From positions 4,960,001 through 5,024,000 of the forward strand of contig JAYWIR010000001.1 in NCBI GenBank assembly GCA_036172245.1: a stretch of 64,000 nucleotides of DNA, written 5' to 3'. Below, in pieces: positions 1-11,402 of the stretch (the stretch's first letter is position 1; the number at the start of each line of letters is the position of its first letter). The notes beneath the pieces were generated by a model. That model was not told where the DNA came from. It saw nothing but the letters and a program-made list of their open reading frames with translations, and did no database searches. The stretch comes from Raillietiella orientalis (taxonomy: Eukaryota). Position numbers and translations under genes: made by a program.

Positions 1-72
1 CCTGTTAAGAAAAGGATGGGAAACCAAGGTGATTTTGACGAAGGTCGGCCACACATGCATGCGCGAACCACC

Positions 73-275
73 GCAAAGCATTGCCGCCTCCTAACTACAT
101 CGCGGAACACTCAACCGACGTCTTGCTTAGCAACAGGAGATCAGTTTGCCCGACTCTCCGGATCTCAGCAAGGCGCTGTGCTGCTCGGTCCACCCGAGCG
201 CTCTCCGCACAGGAGGCAGCATCTTGGTTGAGATGCTGCGGCCACCATTGCATTATCAGTGGAAAGCGCGTGCTG
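73..275 (+). repeat. Local repeat family A, copy 1 (~200 bp)
   Basis: GCAAAGCATTGCCGCCTCCTAACTACAT...ATCAGTGGAAAGCGCGTGCTG aligns collinearly, with small indels, to 2205-2419 and partly to 836-894. Confidence 0.9.
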
Positions 276-835
276 CGCCTAGGCAGAACTCTAAGGAAAA
301 GTGAGAAAACACTAGCTGGTTGGTGAGGATGTTTACCAAACAGGGCTGCAGGATCTTTCTAAAATCACAACATGCCTCACAAAAATCCGCCCGCGTGAGA
401 GAGTGAAAGTCTGCAAATGGGTAGTCATGCATGCCAGAAACAAAGATATCCAGAATGTAGCTGCTGCATTGCAAAGATGAAGCAAACATCAAACGTCAAT
501 CAAATATCAAGCTGAGGGATGAGCAATAAATGAGAAATAAAGAATCATCCAGGTAAGCAAAATACATATAAACAGGTAATGTAAATGTTTATGTAGTAGT
601 GTTTCTGGAAAAGCATTGGCAACTGTTCCCGATAACAGGACATTTATTGACTTGTTTCATCCATGACTGTGGTGATACGCTGAGACAAACGAAGGACATC
701 CTAGGCAAAAATATCTTCTAGATAGATATAAACCTTAGATACGAACCCAATACTTCAGTTTATCTGTTTATATGTAGTTTTCTTCACCTGGAAGATTCAC
801 TTATTCTAAAGATTCAGGGTCCCTTTTCTCAATGG

Positions 836-894
836 CACCTCCTAACCACATCGAGGAACACTCGACCGACGTCTTCCTTAGCAACAGGAGATCT
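836..894 (+). repeat. Local repeat family A, partial copy
   Basis: CACCTCCTAACCACATCGAGGAACACTCGACCGACGTCTTCCTTAGCAACAGGAGATC matches the 5' part of the copies at 73 and 2205. Confidence 0.85.
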
Positions 895-2204
895 AGGTGG
901 CAGAAATGGGTGGCTCGGAAGTAGCATAAATGGACTACTTCATGGGACCTGGATTATGAGGCTTTCGAGAAGAACATCTAAGCGGAAAGCCTGTGTGTGT
1001 GCATTCGGCAGCACAAAATATCTTCATCGAATTGAAAATTGCTGTCATGTGAGCATGGAGGATCAATAGTGAAGAATTCATGGAACTCTTTTAGCAGTCC
1101 CGTATTTCATGGATGGCTTTAATGAGGGCTTGGAAACTCGCAGAGGCCAAGTGTCATTGAAGGAATCGCACGTTCTCCAAACAGGAAAGCAGCATCTCAG
1201 TCCGAGAGCAGCCATTGCAGCAACTTCACAGTGAGCGCACCATATCTAAAAAAGTTCTTTCATACATCTTTGGCATTGTGAGCATTTGTCTTTTTAATGG
1301 TCAACTTGCCAGCTTAACTTGCACCCTGAAATCCAATGCCAACTGACGATGAAACCTTTCTCTAAACACACAGGGTTCAGAATTATGTGCTTATTAAGAG
1401 CATAAAACGGAGTTCAAAGGAGCAGGCTGGAGGCGAAACCATGAAGGAGCTTTTGAGAGATCGGCAGAGCAAACAAGGGATATGCCCAAAATTCTCAAGC
1501 CTATTGCTGTGCATTTCTTTCATTGGTGCCACATGAATTTTCAGCTCGGCAAGCGTGTTTGGTTCCCTGATCTCCGCTCCCACTGAAAGCATCTTCTGAT
1601 GAGGTGAAGCTGTGGTGAGCTCGACGCTCGCAAGGACTTCGAAGTCAGCGCAAAAAGGCGGACTGACTTCAGTGTGAAGTTGACTCGAGGAAGGGAAAGC
1701 AGCGATGTTTTTCGAGACATTATCGAGAAATTTCCAGAAGATTCTCTGGAACGTGAATGAAGCAAAAGAGAAATTAAATGAGCATTGAAAATATGCAAAA
1801 AAAAAAAAAAAAAAAGGGTTGTTTAGATCCAAGTGACTTTAGGGATTTTGTGACGCCACCTACAGTTAGACTTATTAAAGACGGGCTCAAATCATGCCCG
1901 GATACAGGAAAGCAAAATTCTTCTTCAATCAGTGCCGCCAGTCTACATACCTACGTCGCACATCGGAAAGGTCGCGATATGTTCCACACATTCTGGGAAA
2001 GCGTAAGCAACTGGTGAAGAAGACACGACATTTACTGGCTTGTCTCATCCATGATGAGTTGATGTACTGCGGCAGACGAAACACAGCACCCTAGACGAAA
2101 ATATTTTTCAAACAGCACAATTAGACGCCGTTGGACGAAGTCGTTTTAGCTCTGTGATCCAGGATACACCTTTCATCTGCATTTGAAAAGGATTTCATGC
2201 AGCA

Positions 2205-2419
2205 GCAAAGCTTTGCCACCTCCTAACTACATGGAGGAACACTCGACCGGCGTCTTCCTTAGCAGCAGGAGATCAGCTTGCCCGACTTTCCGGACTTCAG
2301 CAAGGCGGCGGTGCTGCTTGGTCCGCCCGAACGCTCCCCGCACAGGAGGCAGCATCTCTGTTGAGATGCTACGGTATCCTGGAAGCCACGATTGCAGTAT
2401 CAGTGGAAAGCGCGTGCTG
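2205..2419 (+). repeat. Local repeat family A, copy 2
   Basis: GCAAAGCTTTGCCACCTCCTAACTACATGGAGGAACACTCGACC...CAGTGGAAAGCGCGTGCTG, collinear with 73-275. Confidence 0.9.
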
Positions 2420-3839
2420 GACCCACTTATCCTAAAGGAGCCCATTCATTCCAAAGGTGAAGCAGTTTTCTTCCCGTTCGATGTTGGTTTCCATGTGTGG
2501 ATGTGTTGCATGCACTTACAAGGCTAACTCGTACTTCGCCTTTTTTTGCACAGATCTCATGTGAGCATCGTACCAGAAATTCCATGTCATCACTATTCTC
2601 TGTTTATTCTGGTGCGACTGTGTGTTTCTTCCTGGATTTAACACTTCACGGGGACGATAATCGCGGTTGAGATTTCGGTAAGCAGCAGCGCTTTCACTTT
2701 CTGCTCGCTCTTTCCCCGACCTCGTGGAACCTGCGGGAGGTTCGGTAAACGCCTCGAAGCCGAAAACTCGCTGCTTGCAATTACGCTGCTTCTTACGATG
2801 CAAATGAATCTCTACTTGCAAGTGGTCCATCCTGTGAACTGGGAGGGGAGTGTTCCCCCGCCCAATGACGTACGAATTCCCTTACAGGAATTCGTTTTCT
2901 CGTCCAGAAAAAAGAGCTCGCTCTCTTATCGGTGGTGATTCGCGGTGCCTCCGCCATAGCGACAGTCGCGTTCGGCCGAAGGACTCGAGTGAAACTGCGG
3001 ATGTATCAGTGACTCTGGGTAAACTTATACGTCGAGCGTGACCGGTCCAGCATGCCACGTCTGCGAACCAAAAAAAAAGTTGATTAAAAGTTGTCCCTGT
3101 TTCCGTCGTGGTCTCACTGGTCACGACGGTCTTGCTTCCCGGCTGCAAACAAGTTTCGTCGTCCAGGTTCAGGACTCCAACGGTTTTTTCCTGCTGGAAC
3201 CAACATGACAAAATGTCAGCGACAGGCAGCTGGATATCGGAAAACACACCCACACACACACACAAAAAAAAAAAAAACCGAGCGTCCGGGTTTCGAGTTG
3301 CATCTTTCCGGAATGAACCGGCATCCGAAATCGTTTTCAGGAGCCTCCCATCCCTACAGATGAGCTCGTTTTGATCTGCGTGTGAAGGAGGCTGGAGTCG
3401 GCTGCTGCCGCGTCGGTGGGTGGGAGCGTTTGGTAGCAGCACGTACTTTGAATAAATCGCGGCTCCTTAGCCAATTTTCGCCAACATTTATCTCCGTTCG
3501 AATGTGGGATTCCGTGCAATCTTTCCACACTCTACCTCTGACTATCCAGTTCCAAGTTTATTTGTCACTTAGTGACTGCGAAATTTATTGCTACTCTCCA
3601 AGAAAAAAAAAGAAAAAAAGATTTCCAAGCAAAAGAGTTGTATCTCCTAAAGCCAGTTTTTCCGGAATATCCACGAATCGGACCTGAAAACTTTCCGGTT
3701 GGATATTTCCGGGTGCGTTCGTCTCAGATGATTGGCACCTTAAGATGTTACATTTGGAAAACGCCCGACGACGCATTCCTCTCAAGAGGAAACGGATGCG
3801 CAACTAAGTTCGGAAGCAGGGAAGTGGACCGCAGAAGTT

Positions 3840-3970
3840 AAGGGACCATGTCCTGAACTTGGAAGCATGCTGTAAGCAAAGAGGTTTCCGAAAGAGCACC
3901 ACGGCGCCGACGCACTGCCTTTAGCTTATTCGACTGATCGTGGGTGGCCACTGCAACCTGGCCGTCTTGG
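3840..3970 (+). mobile_element. Possible highly degenerate non-LTR reverse-transcriptase fragment
   Basis: Translation KLRDHVLNLEACCKQRGFRK...LIRLI...NLAVL resembles the QxGFR motif region of non-LTR RTs. It contains a stop and has only this single motif. Confidence 0.2.
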
Positions 3971-6900
3971 TAAGTTCTTTGATCCGTCTTCATAACCACA
4001 GGAGAAATAGGCGTCTGTTGGCTCACGTAATTTACACGTTTTCAGATGTTTTTTTCTTTTTCCTTCACTCCTTCAAGGACGTTGAGAATACGAGCAGCGC
4101 AAGAAGCGAGCGAATTTGTTTTAACATCATGAAATCATTTGCAGCGTCTGTTGGGCATCCCACAGATCACACGCGCTTCAGCATCGTAGCGCCTCAGATA
4201 GATGCACAGCTGGATACACGGTTGTCGCTCTTGTCGAGATGCACCATCCTCAAGCATCCCCTTCCTCCTCAAGCCAGAAGGCGGGTGACGGTTCTGAAGA
4301 TGGAAGTGGAAGGCGAATAGGTAAAGCAGAGGGAAGCGGCAATCTGCGTCTCGGATCTCATCGTGGAAATTCACAGAAATGGTGACTCTTTTCCATCATG
4401 GCCCCTGCCTTGCTTCCGCAGGCTTTCCCATCTCCCCATCGGAAGCTTATTGATGCCTTCTAAGACCAAATGTTCCCAGCTGTTCGTTAGCCTACTTGCA
4501 CGCCTCTTCTTTGACTCACCGTTTAAAATACCGACCTTATGGGGGTGAGGAAGAAGTTCTAAATCAAATTTGTGGGGCCTTTTTAACAGCTTCACCGGCT
4601 GAATGAGGTCGAGTGTCGTCATGCAGCCGTAGAACCTCGGCGATTGCCGTGAATAGCAGGTTACGCTTCTCCTGGTAATTTCTTGGAGCCATTGACGGTC
4701 CTTTTACGTTCCTGCTAGTGTTCGAGAATTGGGTCATTCAAATCCCCCCCCCTTAACCCCCTAAAAAAGAAAGAAAGGAAGGAACGGCGAACATGACTTT
4801 GCAAGAAGAGGGGGCACTTTTGAATTTTTCGGGCGAGGGAGCCTTTCCACACCGCATTCCTTTTTGCCGCTGGCTTCCGGGCCTTCTGCGAACTGCCCTG
4901 CGCCGCGACGGTACCGCGCGCCTGCCCTCCCCGCGCACCCAAACCTTCGAGCATTTCCGTTTGCGGAACGGATTCACCTGGGAGCCAGCTCTGGGAGCCA
5001 GAGCGGTTCCACGTCGAGCTCGCAGGCCGGCAGCCCCACACCCGACTCCTCAGTGGCAGGGGAGTTCTTTGAGAACCCGGAGCTTCCCGACCACAAAGAT
5101 CGCAGTAGGGGACCACCTTGCATGTGTTCCAGAAGCGCACTAATGGCCTTCGCTCTTTGATTTATTCTCGCACCTACCGTTTAGTGAAAGTGGATGCACA
5201 AAGGACGTTCGTTTCCCCACGAATCGGGAACCGACGGAATGAAGCAAAACAAGGTCTTTCGGGAAAGTTCCTATTTTCATCCACTTGATAATCCACGGTT
5301 AATTTTATCGAGGGGAATGGAAGTTGGCATGAAGAACATAAACAGCCCCAGATTAAACAAAAGCCGAGGCAGACCGTGGTGTTTCCCAGCTGCTCACGTA
5401 TGCGGTTCAGGCCACCAGGCCGTAAGGAATCCCGTCGGTGCGCTGACCACGGTGGAAGGTGATGGCCGCCACCGAAAGCGCGAATTTTTCGATCCCGTCC
5501 TGGGCTCGCCATCCAGGAAGCGGCACCGATCGGCACGATGAAAACTCGGGAGCAGCCTGCTTGCACCGCGGTACGTAAACGAAGTCGTCGCAGGCAGAAG
5601 AACACTTGGCAGCCGAACGCAGGCAATTCTTTATCCATCATTCAGCGCCCTGGGATGTGTACACATTCCACTTGGCATGTTCGGCAAACAGAAAAAAATA
5701 GAATCACCCGTGCAGACGAGGATCAAAATACAATCGCGGGGAAACCTCCGGCGTACGGAAAGACGAAGACTGCAAGTTCGGATTCCGCTCCTCGGGATTT
5801 GTCCTGGGGAAACTTCGGTTTGGCACTGCATGCCGCTCCACCTCGTCTTTCGTTGCAGATGCGAGGAGTCCACAGTGGATTTTCGCGCTCTTTTCCGGTT
5901 CCACGTCCGATTTCCGTAACGAAGTCGTCTTGCCCCGGGGCAAACGGGGGATACCCCTCATGCAGATCGATAAGAGCTGCAGCCTGATCTCAGAAACTGC
6001 GACTACCTCCCCACTGTGATGGAGATGGGGACCGGAAATTTTCCTAAACTCCGGAGGCATTCGCAAGCTCCTTGGACCGGCAAGCGATACGAAGCCGCAG
6101 CAGCACGGAGAGTGCATCCGAACCGTAGTGAACAGCGGCCATCTTCTCGGATGCTGCCTGTGGGTTAGCCGAAACACGCTTTCTCCTCACGATCACTCGG
6201 CGTTCCATAATGGGTCCAGAATAGGAAATAATGGACTCGCGCAGTTTCAAGACCAAAACCGCGGGAGCCCACCGTAGAGATGGTGACGCACATCTTGCAA
6301 GCAACAAAATGAAAATTATTTGCACCATTATCCGCCAAGGCCACGCGTACTCGAAGCATAAAACGGATTTTATTCATGCGCACCTTCCGATGCCTAGCGA
6401 TTCCAAGAAGGCCACCTTAAAATGGAGGGTTGAAACGTGGATACGGGGAAAAGAATGGAAAGGAGAAATCGCACAGTTCGTTCTTAGTGGAAAAGACGTC
6501 ATTGATCTTCGTTTTTTTCTCTTTTCTCTTTTGTGGGTGCGTTCTTTCGTCCGTGGTTTCGGAATTCTGACCACTCCGCGATGACTTCCGTTTAGAGTTC
6601 TCTTAGAGGGAATATTCATTATTCAAAAGCTTTGATGGTCCTTCATCGCGCGCGCGCGCGTGTTTCCCTGACAACTGCTTCCGATAGAAATTGAAAGAAA
6701 ATTCCGATAGAAAATTCAACAGTTGCATGGATCTTTTTTCTATTTTTTCACTTCATTTTCAGGGTGATTTCAGTAGGTGAGCTGAGCACGTAGGACTGGA
6801 AGTCCTGAATATTTATCCTAATTAGGTGATCGATGTTTCAGAAATTCAGGAAGATCTACAGAGGAAATCCCTTCAGTCATCTATCTTTCCGAAGATGTTG

Positions 6901-8949
6901 GAGCATCTGTGGGGCCACTCGCAGACTCCCAGCTACCACAATGCTTTATTCCGTCGGATTCAGGTTTCTCCAGGTAACTCACCATCCGCTTGAGAGACTC
7001 ACGTGTCTTTTTCGGTTACGATAGCTCTTCTTGCTGCATTTCCCTAAGTTCATCACCTCTTCAGAGTTAAGCTATCATCTAATCCAGCCGGACGTTTCAT
7101 TTCTTAGACCTGGTGAAAATGAGCCGGTTCACGCGAGGTCAAGTTTCGGTTGCTTTCGTAGATGTCCTAGAATTTCTTGTTAGATACTCCAGATGTCTCT
7201 ATTCAAAAATTTGCTCTGGAATTTGTAGATAGATAGCCAGCCTTGCAGCATACCCTCTATATGCGCTTATTTATCGTTGCTTTAAGGAACAGAAAACTAT
7301 GGTACAAGAACGCCAATGGCAGACCCCTAGTCAAAGTGAGCTAAACCGAAAAGATGCGGTTTCCAAGTAGCTTATATCAAGACAGTCTCCTTGAACATGC
7401 TAAAGTCTTCAGCTTTGAGCTCGGAATGGTACCTCGATTGTTTTTTGATGCTTCAGAAGCTCCATCTACGATGCATCTGTGATGTACCAACTGATCATTT
7501 CCTCTGGTCTCTCGTTTATTCGTCCATTCATGAACATCACTTGTTCCTCTCTTGGGTTTGTCTTTCTGTCGGGGAAGGTTGGATATTTATTCTATGCACC
7601 TTCTATTTAGGGTTCCCCCAAAAGCTTCCATCGCACAATTCAGCTGTGCGAAGGTCAGCTTTTTCTTTTTTTGTGCCTCGGCACCCCTCCTCGCACAAGT
7701 TTCGCGAACTTTCAGCCGACCCCAAAACTTGCGTCGTTCCCAGCTATCGCAAAGGCGATTGAATTCTTTCTTCCTTCCGTTCTTCATTTCCTCTTCCATA
7801 CTTCATAGCAGCACGGAGCGAAAAACCTTCACGTTGGGGGGTGCACCTTCCTTTCATCCCTCTCTTTTTTTTTTTTCCTTCTTTACTCCGTGCCCTATTC
7901 TTTGTTCCTCATCCTTGAGTCAACTCCACGTTCCATTTCCAGAGGATTCCTTAATCACTGCTTCGCATCTCGACTCTCCCAAACATCAGTGCACTCGTGC
8001 CTTTGTGTGCGTGTCCTTAAGAAAACATCCGAGTGCTCCTTCATTTTGAGCTGCTTGTATTGCGAGACGAATCATCCGTCAAAAGCCTGGAAGAGGAGCG
8101 CACGGCGAAGGATTTGATTTAGCTGTCCTTTCCTGGCTGCCTGAGAGCTTCAGTGTCTATTAGGAAAACGTCGCCGCTTTTATGGATGGGTTGTCCAAGT
8201 CATCCTTTCCGAAGAAGGATGAAAACGAACACTGCAGCTCGCTCAGTACCGGAACCTCCGCTTTCGTCCCGTTTCTGGCCGGGCTGACGATCGAACCACG
8301 CACTTGTCATCTTGCCATCGAGGAAAGCACCATCCTTCCTCACGGGCGGATGGGAACCAATGAGAAGCGCTCACTGCTCAAAAATGATTCATGACTTAGA
8401 TGTGAGCGTTGCAGTTGAGATGCAGAGTGAAACAAGGCGTGCCGTGCTCCAAGGTAATCCAGATGCAAGACATTCACCCAAAGAACTCGGTGCCGGATGC
8501 TGACGTCACCGTTTGCCGGACGGTACCTATTCGAAACCATCCGTGGTTCCAGATTGAATTTCCGCATGGGACACGATAAGATTCCTTTTAGCAACATTCG
8601 AATAAACATCAAGGCATGGTTGGTCTAACGGCTTTGCGAGATGGGATTCCAGGCAGAGTCAAAGTTATTCGAACCGTGGACTTGGACGCAGCTGAACGAT
8701 CGCATCTGATGATTCGTCCCGAGCTTTTTTCGATCCCGACTCGAAATCAGTTTCCGAGTTTGCAGGACGGTCAAGCCCAAAAGCTATCGAATCCCTAATC
8801 ATCGCAGGGAGACCGCCACTTTCGGTTGTAGGGCTTGTTAGGACATACCGCTCCACATTTTTAGCTGAAATGTGGAAATCTTGAGCCCTCGTGGCCCACC
8901 CCAGCAGATCGTCAGAACTGCGGAACCGCAGCTGCCTCCTGTGCGTGTG

Positions 8950-10380
8950 GTGGCGCTGTCAATGACGAACAGCACACTGCAGCAAACCAAACGCGGTGGA
9001 GAATGATTTTCATGATCTGCAATGGGGTGAAAAGAAAAAGGCTGCGCGACGTCCGGCCGACGCCGTGATCTCCCGAAGAACCTTGGCGTTGCCACGAACG
9101 CTGCTTGTTCTTGCTTCAGTGAGCTGCTGCCAGAACCAGAAGATGCTCCGATACCCGATCTTGAAAATCTTCTGTGCAGGTTGACGGCGCCTCCTTCAAG
9201 GAAACTTTCTCTCTTGGAATGTTTCTTTGGCTGCTGCTCCTGCCGCTCTTTTAGACCATGCAGGTTGACAGCGTCTCCCTCGTTTCAAAGTGAACGTCAG
9301 CAGCCTACTTACCGTATGTCCTTTTAACGACGTCTTCTGTGATTCGGAACTCCTTTCGTTGCTACGTCTCCATTCCTGTTGACACGGATTTGGGAATTGT
9401 ATGCAAAGATTGCACAAAGTTGAAAGGTTAAAGCGACCTACTCTCATGGATCAGAATTGCTCTTCATAACTGATTTGGAACTAGGTTGAAAGGGGGGGGG
9501 GGAAGAAGAAGCGAGGTACTGTGATGACTTTGGCTGTTTCATCCCTTTTCTGCACGGACCCAGTCTATTCACGCCGTGGGTCCGAGATCTAGGAGAGACC
9601 ATGGATGTCTGCGACAGTCGCATGAAGATTTGCAGCGAGGAAGCGGGGAGTTGTGGGAGTTATTGGGTTTCCTGATTTCAAGATTCGCCTCCGCCGAAAC
9701 ACGAAGTGTGACCAAAATGAGGGAATATAGAGCATGGCGCCTGCAAACTGCCGGTGCCTGTGAACTCCGGATTCGTGTCGTGACGTCAACGGCGCGAGGC
9801 CAGCGGTCAACAATGCACCTCAAAAGCACGCGGCCGAGGCCGCCATGGTGGCGAAGAGCATCAGGGCGCCAGCAGATCCATTCCAAGTAGCCCAGCTTGT
9901 GTTTCGTAGCAGGCCTGAGGAAAGATTCATGTGGCTGCTGTACCGGGAAAGAGACTCGGCAGCATTCATGCGCACGAACCTTGGAAGGGTCCATTAGCAC
10001 TCTTTCCTTGCAGCCTCGGAAGGAGGATCAAAAGCAAATCGGGAAAATTTACCGAGACCGGTGCCTAGCGACGACTGTCACCAGAGAAAGCAAGAAGCGA
10101 ACCCGTCCGTCCTCCGAAGCCCTTTTCCTGAAGAGTGCTGTGACGACGACGCAGACCCACTCGAAATTCTCGTTCTGACTCGTGAAAGCAGTGCGAATCG
10201 GTCAGAACCACGTCAGAACAGCCGTGCAAAACCTTCGGGCATCACACGGTGGCCCTGACCACGTGCTGCGAGTCCGAGACGTTTGCCGTGAGTAGGAGAC
10301 GCCCGTCATGCAGCAGCAGCGCGTGCGCAAGGTGGCGAGCAAAGGGTCGGAGAGGGCAACCCGAAGGCATTCTCACGAAT
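8950..10380 (-). pseudogene. Decayed MFS monocarboxylate-transporter (SLC16/MCT)-like pseudogene
   Basis: Frameshifted pieces occur in the order expected for MCTs: AFGL...GVSY-GKRLGLAA (cf. VSYYFEKRRxLA, ~10260-10370); GALMLFATMAASAACF-GALL (cf. WRGALL...CCVFGALMRPL, ~9810-9875); KIFKIGYRSIFWF, KQEQAAFVA, ITASAGR, IADH, RLVCCSVLFVI (second-half TMs, ~8960-9175). Recognised by eye. Confidence 0.4.
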
Positions 10381-10703
10381 AGCCACAGTCCATAATTCCT
10401 ACCGGGAAAGGCCGGCTCCCTGGTTGCCGCTTCCGTTAGCAATTCCGGACGAGAAGGCCTTCGTCCTGGATGGGTACGAGAGCGGCGGTCGAACACCAGA
10501 CTGGAGCGGAAAAGTTGCAAAAGACCCTCCCGTTGCTCAAGAGGACAGTCTCACTAACCACAAAGATGAAAGCGCGTGAAAACTACTGCAGACAATCATC
10601 AAAAATGATTTTTCGAACCGGCACTTTCAAGTTGCAGCCACCTCGCCAGAAAAAAAAAAAAAAAATCCAATAGCCGCCACTAACCTAAGCTCATAGTCGG
10701 AGA

Positions 10704-11402
10704 CCCAGCGTTGGTAGCCGTTGGCTGCAGCCTCCGAGCGTGGCACCGAACGACGCGGGTTTGAATTCCCGCCCGGGAAAAAATCGACGCCAAGAAATGG
10801 GAGGGGCGAGAGGGATCATGGGGTTTCAAGTTCCCCCCCGCAGGATGACGCTGTAGCCTTCGGGTGCGGCGGCACTGGTGGAAGCCGAAAATCCCTGGAC
10901 GCCCCCCGTGACTGGCAGGGGTCCTTCCAGGAATCAACTAGACAGCCCCCTGGTTGTCGCGTTCCATGGATCTGGTTGATGCCCCCTCGGAGGCTTGCCT
11001 CTCCCGAGTGCAAGAAGCGCACCTTTGGGGAAATTTGGAAGTGGGGTTCCTCTTCAGAGGAGCACCAACAAGGAGCGGCTCCCTTGCGGGTTCCCTCCGG
11101 AGAAAAAATTCCAGGAGCGGATCCTTTCCGGGTTCCCCCCGGAGAAGAAACGAGGAGTGGCTTCTCTGGGGGTCCTTCTGGAGAGAATAGGGAAGAGGTT
11201 TCCTCCAAGGTTCCTTCCGGAGACAACCAGAGCGAAGGTTCCCTTCGGTGTTCTTCTATTAAGCGTAAGAGGAACGGACTTTGTCCTCAGGAGTCCTTCC
11301 GGGATTCATAGGGTGGTCCCTCCGGGGTTACCCTCCTAAGCTGAAGAGTCACACGCACCCTCGAGTAGGGTGGACAGAGTCAAAGACCTTCGTAAACCTC
11401 CC
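10704..11402 (+). mobile_element. tRNA-derived SINE family B, full-length copy with internal ~40-bp tandem array
   Basis: tRNA-like head with degenerate B box (GGGTTTGAATTCCCGCCC, ~10757). Body and 3' end (…GGGTGGACAGAGTCAAAGACCTTCGTAAACCTCCC) are homologous to reverse-complement copies at 19912-20477, 45250-46973 and 54190-54312. Confidence 0.8.
11043..11250 (+). repeat. Degenerate ~40-bp tandem repeat (about 5 units) inside the SINE
   Basis: Units such as GGGTTCCCTCCGGAGAAAAAATTCCAGGAGCGGATCCTTTCC / GGGTTCCCCCCGGAGAAGAAACGAGGAGTGGCTTCTCTG / GGTTCCTTCCGGAGACAACC. Confidence 0.75.

Noticed and set aside
11043-11250. CRISPR-like repeat-spacer array
   Set aside because: Units are degenerate whole-unit tandem repeats inside a SINE, with no unique spacers, no cas genes and a eukaryotic context.
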